From a candidate division FCPU426 bacterium (GTDB lineage: Bacteria; Oederibacteriota; Muellerivitia; Muellerivitales; Muellerivitaceae), in NCBI GenBank assembly GCA_963796105.1, contig CAWCKJ010000004.1, positions 1,504,001-1,568,000 of the forward strand: a stretch of 64,000 bases of DNA. The letters are read 5' to 3'. The notes under the pieces are model-generated. The model did not search any database. It had not been told where the DNA came from and was given only the letters and a program-made list of their open reading frames with translations. Of this stretch, positions 17,312 to 26,450 are shown one piece after another. Made by a program: the position numbers and the translations under genes. Numbering within the stretch: position 1 is the first letter of the stretch; each line of letters opens with the position of its first letter.

Positions 17312-19831
17312 TTGTCAAAGCGAAAGAAAAAAATTGATTTTATCCGTCAAAACAGGAATTTACCTGTGACGATGCTTTCCCTCAAAACTGGGTGGCCGGA
17401 AAATCAAGTTTTGGAAATTCTTAATCAATTTAAAGAAGAACCAAAAGGTTTGTCGCCGGCCTCAAACCTGATTTCTGCGCAACAAAACAATATTTCTAAC
17501 GGGAACCAAGTAAGGCCTAATCGGATACCTGTAGATAAACGAACCTTGTGGTTTTTCGCCCTTTTAACGGCGTTTTCTACTCTCATTGTCTATTTACCAT
17601 CCTTAAAAAATGATTTCGTGAATTGGGATGATGCGGACAACATCATTAACAATTCTCATATAAGAACGTTAAATTTTTCCTCCATTCATTGGATGTTAAC
17701 TAATAATTTTGAAAATTATTGGATACCCTTGTCATGGTTTTCTTGGGCTGTTGATTATTGGCTTGGGGGTTTAAATCCATTTGTTTTCCACCTAACCAAC
17801 CTGATTCTTCATACCTTCAATACGGTTTTAGTTTTCTTTTTTAGTTTACGGATACTTAAGTTGGCTCGGTTGAGCCAAAGTCCAGGGCTTGATACGACGC
17901 CAAAGCCAACCGCGGCGCATGGCGCGTTAATGACGGCCCTTTTATTTGGGCTACATCCCATTCATGTGGAATCCGTGGCTTGGGCCACGGAGAGAAAAGA
18001 CATCCTTTACACGTTCTTTTTCCTTCTAGGGCTTCTGGCCTATCTCGATTACCAATCTTCAATTGATCGAAAAAAATGGAAATTATGGGGTTGCGTGGGG
18101 CTATATCTTTTAGCGCTCATGTCGAAACCCATGGCTGTCACATTACCCCTGGTTTATCTCATCCTTGATGTTTGGCCCTTGGGCCGGATGAAAGCAAACG
18201 TTTCCAGCGTTATAAAAGAAAAAATACCATTTTTCGCCTTGGCGTTAATCGTTGGATTCACCACATTGGGAATGATGGCCGAGAAAAAAGGGATCGTACA
18301 AAGCGGTTCAATAGCCGTCAAAACGATGAACGCATTTCACTCATTGGCTTTTTATATTTGGAAAATGATTGCGCCTTTTCATTTGCTCCCTTTTTATCCA
18401 TTCCCCCGGCATTTTGATAGCGGTTATTACATCGTGGCCGTTCTTGGGGTTTTGCTTACGCTTTTGGGGTTCTTAATATGCGCGCTTTATCGAAAGGATC
18501 AGCCCAACTTGGGTGCGGCTTGGCTTTATTTTATTGTGACCATCCTTCCCACGTTGGGCTTGATACAAGTGATCGATGCGATGGCGGCGGATAGATATAT
18601 GTACCTACCGAGCTTAAGTTTATTTCTCCTTTTTTCCGGAGCAGTGGCGGTTTTTGCGCCAAATCGTAAAATATTTTTAGGACTTTGCGGTTTACTATTG
18701 ATTCTTTTGGGTTTTGGAACCATCAGGCAAATCGGTGTTTGGAAAAATTCCAAAACGCTTTGGGAAAATGTCGTAAAAGTTTATCCCGATGAAAGCAGTT
18801 TGGCGCATTCTTATTTAGCGATCAGTTATGAGCAAAAGGGCCTTTTGGATGATTCCCTCAGTGAGTATAACCGCGCCTTAAGTCTTTCGCCTGAATCGCA
18901 TCTAGCGCATGATGGAAAAGGTATTGTCCTTTTCAAAAAAGGGTTGGTGGATGAAGCCATACAGGAATATAAACTTGCTCTCACTGATGATCCTGACTTT
19001 ACGCTCGCGCATCAAAATCTTTGGGGCGCCTATGAGAAAAAAGGGATGCATGACGCCGCCATTTCAGAAATAAAAGAAGCGATAAAAATCGATCCGGATT
19101 CCGCAGTGAATTACGCCAAATTGGGCACGAGTTACTCGGCGTTAAATCAATGGAGCGCGTCTGATGAAGCCTTTAAAACAGCGTTCAATTTGGACCCGGA
19201 TTCGGCTGAAAGCCATAACGAAAAAGGGAATGTTTTTGCGCGGATGGGGAAATGGGATGCCGCAATTGAGGAATTTAAAACAGCCCTGGCATTGAATCCG
19301 CGATATGCGTTACCGGCGTTGAATCTTTGGAACATTTTTGAACACCAGGGAAGGCATAAAGATGCGATTGATGTAATGTTGACGGCTACCCAAAATAATC
19401 CCGATGACGCGGAGGTGTTTATAGATTTGGGCGTGAGTTTTAGTTTTTTAAAACAACTCAGCGATGCTGAGATGGCTTTTAAAAAAGCGTTTGATTTGGA
19501 CCCGGCAAATCCCCAAAACCTCGTAAATCTAGCCACTATTTACCAATGGCAAGGACGCGTTGATGAATCTATGGCCCTTTATCAAAAAGGGATTCTGGGA
19601 AACCCTAAGGAGCCTGTTTATTATTTGAAAATGGCGGATTTGTATTTGGACAAACATTTGCCCGCCGAGGCGTTGGAAATGCTCGACACTGGAATAAGGT
19701 TGAATCCTGGGGATCCCAAGATAGTCCAACAAATGGGAGAAGATTATGAAAGGGCAGGTCGGAAGAGTTTGGCGCAACAGTGTTTTGCCAAGGCCAGGAT
19801 TTTGTCATCGGCGTTTAGTAAGAGCAAATAA
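17312..19831 (+). CDS. TMTC-like GT-C membrane glycosyltransferase with C-terminal TPR repeats
   Basis: NDFVNWDD, HPIHVESVAW..ERKD, SKPMAVTLP, ADRYMYLP, WKNS..LW, many TPRs; visibly AT-rich. Confidence 0.85.
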   Translation: MSKRKKKIDFIRQNRNLPVTMLSLKTGWPENQVLEILNQFKEEPKGLSPASNLISAQQNNISNGNQVRPNRIPVDKRTLWFFALLTAFSTLIVYLPSLKNDFVNWDDADNIINNSHIRTLNFSSIHWMLTNNFENYWIPLSWFSWAVDYWLGGLNPFVFHLTNLILHTFNTVLVFFFSLRILKLARLSQSPGLDTTPKPTAAHGALMTALLFGLHPIHVESVAWATERKDILYTFFFLLGLLAYLDYQSSIDRKKWKLWGCVGLYLLALMSKPMAVTLPLVYLILDVWPLGRMKANVSSVIKEKIPFFALALIVGFTTLGMMAEKKGIVQSGSIAVKTMNAFHSLAFYIWKMIAPFHLLPFYPFPRHFDSGYYIVAVLGVLLTLLGFLICALYRKDQPNLGAAWLYFIVTILPTLGLIQVIDAMAADRYMYLPSLSLFLLFSGAVAVFAPNRKIFLGLCGLLLILLGFGTIRQIGVWKNSKTLWENVVKVYPDESSLAHSYLAISYEQKGLLDDSLSEYNRALSLSPESHLAHDGKGIVLFKKGLVDEAIQEYKLALTDDPDFTLAHQNLWGAYEKKGMHDAAISEIKEAIKIDPDSAVNYAKLGTSYSALNQWSASDEAFKTAFNLDPDSAESHNEKGNVFARMGKWDAAIEEFKTALALNPRYALPALNLWNIFEHQGRHKDAIDVMLTATQNNPDDAEVFIDLGVSFSFLKQLSDAEMAFKKAFDLDPANPQNLVNLATIYQWQGRVDESMALYQKGILGNPKEPVYYLKMADLYLDKHLPAEALEMLDTGIRLNPGDPKIVQQMGEDYERAGRKSLAQQCFAKARILSSAFSKSK

Positions 19832-19890
19832 ATTCAACCGTCTCCCAAAAACCTAAATATCGGCACCCTCTATGAAAAATCAACGAGCCT

Positions 19891-21648
19891 TTATTCCTCG
19901 TCCTCATGGGCGACGCGGACGAGTTCTTCCGCCGTGGTCAGGCCCTTCAAGACCTTCTTGACGCCGCATTCCCGGAGCGTCTGCATCCCGTCCTGCCTGG
20001 CGATTTTCTTGAGTTCCACTGCTGATTTCCTCTGGAAGACGCCCTTCCTGAATTCCTCGTTCAAGATCAAGACCTCATGGATGGCCATACGGCCCTTATA
20101 ACCGGTGTTGGAACAGGTGTTACAGCCCATGCCGCGGTAAAGAGTGACAGTCTCCCCGGCTTGGGGCTGGAGGCTCAAATCCTCCAGGACATCGGGCGTG
20201 GCCTCATAGGGCTGCTTACAATCCTTGCAAATTTTCCGGATCAAACGCTGGGCCACCACGCAATTGAGGGTTGAGGAAATCAGGAACGGCACGATGCCCA
20301 TGTTTCCCAAACGGGTGATCGCCCCTGGGGCGTCGTTGGTGTGGAGGGTGGAAAAGACCATCAAGCCCGTCAGTGCGGCGTTTATGGCGATCTCGGCAGT
20401 TTCCTTGTCCCGGATTTCCCCCACCATGATGATGTCCGCGTTCTGCCTGAGGAAGCACCGCAGGCCCGTCGAGAAATCGAGGCCGATGCCGGATTTTGCC
20501 TCCATTTGGTTGATCCCCGTCATCTGGTACTCCACCGGATCCTCGATCGTCGCGATGTTGATGATCGGCTTGTTGATGAAATTCAATGCCGAGTAAAGGG
20601 TGGTTGATTTTCCCGAGCCGGTTGGGCCCGTGAGCAGGACCATTCCGTAGGGCTGGGTGATGGCCTTCTCGAATTTCGGGAGGATGTCCTCCTCGAAACC
20701 CAGCTTGGGAAGGTCGAGCGAGAGGTTCGAGTGGTCCAGAATCCGCATGACCACTTTTTCGCCGAACTGCATGGGACAGATGGAAACGCGGATGTCGATT
20801 TCCTTGCCCAGCACCTTCACCTTGATGCGTCCGTCCTGAGGAAGGCGCCTCTCGGATATGTCCAGGGAGGCCATGATCTTGATGCGGGAGGAGATGGCCG
20901 CGGCGAGGACCCGCGGAGGGGATTGGACCTCATGAAGCACCCCGTCGATTCGGTACCTGCACCTGAGATTTTTCTCATAGGCTTCAATATGAATGTCGCT
21001 CGCGCCCGCCCTGACCGCTTCCGTTAAAACCAAATTGACCAGGCGGATGACGGGGGTGTCCCTGCCCGCGGCCTCCAGCTTGGAAATATCCATGTCCTCC
21101 GCTTTTTCCTCGACCAGTTCCAAGTTGGATTCGGGGCCCCCGGACATGCTGCTGAGGATCTCCTGCATGTCCCCGCCCGCGTCCTTCCCGCCATCGGCGC
21201 TTCCAGCGTTTTTGCCGTAGTACTTGGCCAGCATGGCCTTGATTTCCGCCTCGCCGGCGATGGCGGGCTCCACCTCGAAGCCGGTGGTCATCTTGATGTC
21301 ATCGAGGGCGAAAACATTCAGGGGATCGGCCATGGCCACCATCAATTTATTGTCCTTCTTGACGATGGGGATGAGGCAGTGGTTGAGAGCGATGGCCTCG
21401 GGCACCGAAAAAACAACGTCGTTCGGGATTTCCCCGATTTCATTCAAGTTCACCTGGGGTATCCCGAGCTGGGTCCCCACGAAAGCCATGATGACATCCT
21501 GCGTGACGAAGCCCTGGTCGATCAGGATCTTCTCAAGCCGTCCGCCCTTGCTCTTTTGTTCCAGCATGGCGTCCTGGAGCTGGGCGTCGGTGATGATTCC
21601 CTCATCCACCAGCATATCGCCCAGGCGTTTTCTCATGGATTCCGGCAT
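19891..21648 (-). CDS. pilB: Type IV pilus/T2SS assembly ATPase (PilB/GspE) with N-terminal MshEN motif
   Basis: RLGDMLVDEGII...L...Q, ASDIHIE, ERRLPQDGR, GPTGSGKSTT, EDPVE, VGEIRD, STLHTND, tetra-Cys; GAGGTG RBS before 21648. Confidence 0.88.
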   Translation of the reverse strand: MPESMRKRLGDMLVDEGIITDAQLQDAMLEQKSKGGRLEKILIDQGFVTQDVIMAFVGTQLGIPQVNLNEIGEIPNDVVFSVPEAIALNHCLIPIVKKDNKLMVAMADPLNVFALDDIKMTTGFEVEPAIAGEAEIKAMLAKYYGKNAGSADGGKDAGGDMQEILSSMSGGPESNLELVEEKAEDMDISKLEAAGRDTPVIRLVNLVLTEAVRAGASDIHIEAYEKNLRCRYRIDGVLHEVQSPPRVLAAAISSRIKIMASLDISERRLPQDGRIKVKVLGKEIDIRVSICPMQFGEKVVMRILDHSNLSLDLPKLGFEEDILPKFEKAITQPYGMVLLTGPTGSGKSTTLYSALNFINKPIINIATIEDPVEYQMTGINQMEAKSGIGLDFSTGLRCFLRQNADIIMVGEIRDKETAEIAINAALTGLMVFSTLHTNDAPGAITRLGNMGIVPFLISSTLNCVVAQRLIRKICKDCKQPYEATPDVLEDLSLQPQAGETVTLYRGMGCNTCSNTGYKGRMAIHEVLILNEEFRKGVFQRKSAVELKKIARQDGMQTLRECGVKKVLKGLTTAEELVRVAHEDEE

Positions 21649-21772
21649 GAAGCACCTCAATCAAGTTTAAACGGAAACTCTTGGTTTTTTCCGAGAGACC
21701 CAATCATTCCCCAGCTAGGATACCGCCCTTATTATGGAAGAACCAAGCCATTTTCGATACTTGTTTGAATAC

Positions 21773-22066
21773 TAGAACCAATCTCAAAATAACTAATTAA
21801 GCGGGCAATAGCAGTTTCTCCCTTCCCCCATGTCTCTTTGAAAAACAAAGACATTGAGCATGGGGACGTCCCCAATTTCCATTCATTATTATCACTTGGA
21901 TGAAATGGGGGATGAAAAAGGGGGGACAGGGGAGAATTAGCTTTCGTAGTGTAATACCCAGAGGCTAACCCTTCGACGTTGCTCAGGGCCCTGAGGCTCT
22001 CGAAGCACTGCCACACGCCGCGGTGCGTGGGGCTTCCCCCCAATCCCCCTCTTTCAGAGGGGGAAG
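21773..22066 (-). repeat. REP/MITE-like element (CCCCCTCTnAAAGAGGGGG family) with two nested palindromic insertions
   Basis: Reverse-complement match to 26233-26373, interrupted at about 21835-21912 and 21970-22032. Confidence 0.7.
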
Positions 22067-22190
22067 ATTAAAAAATCAATAGACCGCAGGTGCTTTGTAC
22101 ATAAGCATACCCTGTTTATATTGCGGCAGTATGGTTGATAGTGCTAGGATACGCCTCTTTAAATTTTCCTGAAATCCGAAGGGAGTTTTT

Positions 22191-22970
22191 ATGTTTTCGC
22201 GAGGCAAGAGATCCTTATTCGCCGTATTCACCGCCGGGGCCTTGATCCTGCTGGGCTGGTCCTGCAACAAATATCCCAATAAGGCGGGCATTTCGGACGG
22301 CCAGCTTGTGGCCACCGTTGGGGACCAGAAAATCACCTTCAACGATTGGATGAGGCATTTGGACCTTTTGAGGGTTTTTTCCCCCCAGCCGGTGGACCCC
22401 AACAGCGCGGAACAAGTGAAGGAAGTCCTGGAAAGCCTCATCAACCAGGAAGTGGTCCTGGGCGTCATCCAAAAGACCAATTATTCCGATCCCAAGTTCG
22501 AGGAGATGGCCCAGAAGGAACTCGTGGAGGCCGGCCTCCAAATCAAGGAGCTCAAGGATAAGTTGACCAGGGATATCGAGACCGTGAACCGCCTTGAGAA
22601 GAATTACAAGGACGGCTACATGCAGATGCTGATGGCCCAGCATTACGCCGCCTCGCAGGTGGATTCCGTGATCGTGTCGGATCAGGAAGCCAAGGAAAAA
22701 TACATGGAGCTGGCCAAGCAGGCCAAGCTCGCGGGGCAGGAAGTGCCCCCGTTCGACAAGATCGAGGACCAATTGAAACTCCGGATCCGCGCCGACAAAC
22801 TCCTGACGAAACTCCAGGGAGACCGAAAGATCAACCGGCAGGTTGACGTTATCGAAAAGTACTTAGCCAACCTTTCCTCCGAACAGCAAGCGCTTCAAGC
22901 GCCGGCACAGCCCGGAATGGGCGCGGCGCCTTCCGGCGGGAAAGGGACCCATCCCAAGGCGAAAGAATAA
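22191..22970 (+). CDS. SurA N-terminal-domain-like lipoprotein
   Basis: Lipobox-like LGWSC, VATVGDQKIT, LESLINQEVVL. Confidence 0.7.
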   Translation: MFSRGKRSLFAVFTAGALILLGWSCNKYPNKAGISDGQLVATVGDQKITFNDWMRHLDLLRVFSPQPVDPNSAEQVKEVLESLINQEVVLGVIQKTNYSDPKFEEMAQKELVEAGLQIKELKDKLTRDIETVNRLEKNYKDGYMQMLMAQHYAASQVDSVIVSDQEAKEKYMELAKQAKLAGQEVPPFDKIEDQLKLRIRADKLLTKLQGDRKINRQVDVIEKYLANLSSEQQALQAPAQPGMGAAPSGGKGTHPKAKE

Positions 22971-23060
22971 TTCCGGAATAGGGGCATCCCCTGGGGCCTT
23001 GCGAGGGGCTTCCGCGGTCGGGACAGCCTTTTCACCCGGAATTAAATCGGTGGCGCATCG

Positions 23061-24065
23061 TTGATCAACTACAAAAAAAACTTCCGGCCTCATCTACGCC
23101 TCTTTCTTTACGCCGCCGCGGGCCTGGGCATCCTGGGATGCTCCAGGGAAGTGACGGTGGATCTTTCACCGCCCCGGGTGCCGCCGGAAAAGACCGTCGT
23201 AACCGTCAATGGAGAGCCGCTTTCGCTGGAGGAATTCGACAACGAATTCCGCCTCATGGCCATCCATTACAGCGCCGTCTCCGAGGGGGACATGCGGGCC
23301 ATCAAGCGGAGGCTCTTTGAGCAGGTGATCAACCGGCGTCTTTTGGTCCAGGAAGCCCGGAAAGCGGACTTGAGGATGACCCAGAGGGAAATTGACGAGA
23401 CTTTCAGGGAAGCCTTGAGCGAGATGCCCAACAACTACCCCCAGATCCTCAAGGGATGGGGCGTCAGCGAGGCCTCCTGGCGGAGGAAGCTCCTCCAGGA
23501 GAAACTGGCGCGCAAGCTGGTGGACCTCAAGGTGAACTCGAAGGTCCAGATCACGCCCTCGGAGGTGGAGGAGTATTACTGGTCCCATCTGTCCCAGTAC
23601 TGGAAACCGGAAGCAATCCGGGCCCGGCACTTGGTCGTGACGCACAAGGGGGACTTGGACCGGGCCCTCAAGGCCCTTAAAAAGGGGGAGGAATTCTCCA
23701 TCATCGCGGAAAGCCTTTCCGAGGGGGTGGAGAAAAGCAAGGGCGGGGACTGGGGTTTCATGGATATCGACCGGCTGGACCCGGCCTACCTGAAGACCCT
23801 CGCGGACTTGAAACCAGGGGAAGTTTCCGCGCCATTGGAGGACGAGTTTGGGTATCATTTGTTCCAATTGATCGAAAGGCGCCCCCGGCGGATGCAATCC
23901 CTGGAGGATGTCCGGGACAACATTCATGATAGTTTGTTAAGGGAAGAACAGGATCGGCGGTTCGACCAGTGGATGGCCGGCATCAAGCGCAAGGCGACCA
24001 TCCGGGTCAATCAATCAATGGCGCCCCTAGTCGGGGTGACCCTGGAGGATACGAGAGATGAATAA
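23061..24065 (+). CDS. PpiC/parvulin peptidyl-prolyl isomerase lipoprotein
   Basis: ILGC lipobox, VVTVNGEPL, IRARHLVV, GGDWGF, EVSAP...FGYHL. Confidence 0.88.
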   Translation: MINYKKNFRPHLRLFLYAAAGLGILGCSREVTVDLSPPRVPPEKTVVTVNGEPLSLEEFDNEFRLMAIHYSAVSEGDMRAIKRRLFEQVINRRLLVQEARKADLRMTQREIDETFREALSEMPNNYPQILKGWGVSEASWRRKLLQEKLARKLVDLKVNSKVQITPSEVEEYYWSHLSQYWKPEAIRARHLVVTHKGDLDRALKALKKGEEFSIIAESLSEGVEKSKGGDWGFMDIDRLDPAYLKTLADLKPGEVSAPLEDEFGYHLFQLIERRPRRMQSLEDVRDNIHDSLLREEQDRRFDQWMAGIKRKATIRVNQSMAPLVGVTLEDTRDE

Positions 24066-25827
24066 ATACATCATGGTCCTGGCCGGAATTTTATTCTTGT
24101 CAGCGGCGGCCGCCCCGCCCGTAAGGGCGAAAACCCTGGATGAGACCATCCTGATCGTGGACCAAGCCGCGATGACCAAGGGCGAGATGGAGGAGGGAAT
24201 CCAGGCTTATTTCCTCGCCCAGGGGCTCAAATCGGTTGCCCAGCCGGGGACCCCCGATTACGAGAAGGCCAAGAAGGACGTATTCGAGAGCTTCATCCAG
24301 GAAGTGCTGTTGTCGGAGGAGGCGGACCGGCAGAAGATGGAAGTCTCGGACGCCGAGATCGACCACCAGGTGGACCAGGAAATCGCCACGATGAAAAAAA
24401 ACTTCGACGGAGAAAAGGCCTTTGAGGATGGGCTTAAAAAAGAGGGGATCACCCTGGAGGACCTGAAACAGGACACCCGTGACAAGCTGGCCCGGCGAAT
24501 GAAGGCGGACCGGATGCTCCGTTCGAAGCAGGAACAGCTTCCGGGATCGGCCGTCGTGGAAGATGCGGATGTCCAAAAGTATTTCCAGAAACACCCCCAG
24601 GATTACGAGAGGGTGAAGTTTTCCATCATTCTTCTGCGCCTTCCGGCGAAGGCCAAGCCCGAGAACACAGCCCAAGTGGAAAAGCAGGCCAAGAAACTCC
24701 TTCAGGAGCTTAAAGAAGGCGCCGACTTCGCGTCCTACGCGAAAAAATTCTCCGAGGACCAGGGTTCGTCCGACAAGGGCGGAGAGGTGGGAACGGTTTA
24801 CCGGACGGAATTGGACCCCAAGCTGGCCAAGGGCGTTTTCGCGATCCCGGCCAAGGGAATGGGGCTGGTCAGGGCCCCGGATGGGGTCTATATCGTGAAG
24901 GTGGATTACAAGGGGAAGGCGGACTACGATTCAGTGGCTCCCGCCATCAAGGACCACCTGGCGAAAGAACAGCAAACCACGGCGCTTCAAAGCTGGATGG
25001 AGGGTTTGAAAAAAAACGCTTATATCGTTGAGGACGGAAAGGTTATTACAGAGGCGTCCAAACCGTTGAGTCCCGGGGAGATCGCGTCCGCGGCGGCTGC
25101 GCAATCACAGGATGAGGATACTGAGGCGGCCGGGCAAACCACGAACGCGGCGTCAGCGGAACCGATCGCCGAGGAACAGGGGAATTCCCGCGATAATCCC
25201 ACCCTGCCAAGCGGGGGCAGTTCGGCCCTGGCTTTCCATTTAAACGGGTTGAATTACGGGACCGATGATCTTTCGAGTTATTACGGCTCTTCGGTCAATA
25301 CCAACCAGGGTTTTCCTTTTGGCTTGGGTTTGGACCTGGGATGGGAAATAGCGGTGGACCAGACCATCGAAGTGGGGATTCTCGGGGATGTCCTTCATGA
25401 ATTTGAGGAGGATCTTACGGATTCCTCCGGAAACAAGAACGAGTGGAACTCCACAGCCGCAGGGCCCCTGCTTTCAGCCAGGGTCTTGATTCCCTTGGAT
25501 GAGGGTACCAATTTCATCCTCAGCGCCGCGGGAGGCTATTACTTCCTCATGAGCGGAAGCGTCTCCGTGACGGGATCGGCCCCGCGGAACATCGATTTGA
25601 GCGGCGGGTCCTTTGGCGGGAGGGCGGGTCTCGGGACGGAGTTTTTCCTGGATGATGACAAGAATACTTCCCTGGACCTGGGGCTCGCTTACCGCTTGGT
25701 CAAGTTTTCCTCGCTTACGGCCAAGACCACTACCGGGACACTTCTTCCCACGCCCGGAAGCATCGACTTTTCGGGAATCCAGATCGGAGTCGGTATCCGG
25801 TTTTACCTGGATAAGGACCTGGAATAA
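24058..25827 (+). CDS. SurA-like chaperone/parvulin fused to a predicted outer-membrane beta-barrel
   Basis: Signal peptide, SurA_N helices, FASYAKKFSED..GGEVG, then amphipathic strands ending GIQIGVGIRFYL. Confidence 0.75.
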   Translation: MNKYIMVLAGILFLSAAAAPPVRAKTLDETILIVDQAAMTKGEMEEGIQAYFLAQGLKSVAQPGTPDYEKAKKDVFESFIQEVLLSEEADRQKMEVSDAEIDHQVDQEIATMKKNFDGEKAFEDGLKKEGITLEDLKQDTRDKLARRMKADRMLRSKQEQLPGSAVVEDADVQKYFQKHPQDYERVKFSIILLRLPAKAKPENTAQVEKQAKKLLQELKEGADFASYAKKFSEDQGSSDKGGEVGTVYRTELDPKLAKGVFAIPAKGMGLVRAPDGVYIVKVDYKGKADYDSVAPAIKDHLAKEQQTTALQSWMEGLKKNAYIVEDGKVITEASKPLSPGEIASAAAAQSQDEDTEAAGQTTNAASAEPIAEEQGNSRDNPTLPSGGSSALAFHLNGLNYGTDDLSSYYGSSVNTNQGFPFGLGLDLGWEIAVDQTIEVGILGDVLHEFEEDLTDSSGNKNEWNSTAAGPLLSARVLIPLDEGTNFILSAAGGYYFLMSGSVSVTGSAPRNIDLSGGSFGGRAGLGTEFFLDDDKNTSLDLGLAYRLVKFSSLTAKTTTGTLLPTPGSIDFSGIQIGVGIRFYLDKDLE

Positions 25828-25858
25828 GGGCGGTTGAAAGGGAAGACCGGGAGGGATT

Positions 25859-26119
25859 TTGAGGGTGGACCTTTTTCTAAAATTGATCGGAATCACCAAA
25901 ACCCGGATGACCGCCAAGCGGTTGTGCGACTCGGGCAAGGTCCAACTCGGTCAAAAGCCCTTGAAGCCTTCCCATGAGATCCTGGGGGGAGAAATCCTCG
26001 ATTTGTTCCTGCCTCAGAAAAGCCTCCAAATAAAGATCCTCGAAGTTCCCGCGGGGAAGTCCGTATCCAAAAAAGACCGCAGGAATTTTTATACCCTTCT
26101 TTCCAGCCGGGATGATTAA
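25859..26119 (+). CDS. S4-domain RNA-binding protein (Hsp15/YabO-like)
   Basis: RVDLFLK..I.K.R..AK..C..GKV..KPS; GGAGG RBS. Confidence 0.85.
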   Translation: MRVDLFLKLIGITKTRMTAKRLCDSGKVQLGQKPLKPSHEILGGEILDLFLPQKSLQIKILEVPAGKSVSKKDRRNFYTLLSSRDD

Positions 26120-26162
26120 CCAACCTCTCCTCCCTTTGTTGTCATTTCCCTTAGTTGTCATT

Positions 26163-26199
26163 TGCCGATTCACCATTAGACAGTTAAGGGAATCGGTAC
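26163..26199 (-). repeat. Hairpin repeat, GTACCGATT...AATCGGCA family
   Basis: TGCCGATTC...GAATCGGTAC; loop CATTAGACAGTTAA is the reverse complement of 33247-33260. Confidence 0.65.
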
Positions 26200-26232
26200 G
26201 ATACCGACTTTTTTAAAATCCACAATATGTCG

Positions 26233-26373
26233 TCTCCCCCTCTGAAAGAGGGGGAATAAGGGGAAGTTAGCTTTTCCGACAAGTTGTATTAACAACTAAT
26301 ACCCCCCTCCCCCCTTTTTCAAAGGGGGGAAGCTGCTATCGTCCGCCCAGTATGTATTTTGAGATAGGCTCTA
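26233..26373 (+). repeat. REP/MITE-like element (CCCCCTCTnAAAGAGGGGG family)
   Basis: Two GC hairpins; similar copies at 34451-34559 and (inverted) 21773-22066. Confidence 0.75.
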
Positions 26374-26450
26374 ATAAACCCTTGATTTAATTTTGATAAC
26401 AATTATCATTTAGTTAAAGCGGAATTTGGAATTATTAAGGATTTTTCAAT

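Noticed and set aside
22971..23042. SRP RNA or other ncRNA in the long hairpin between the SurA-like genes
   Set aside because: It lacks the SRP CAGG-GNRA-AGCA motif; more likely an mRNA stability hairpin.
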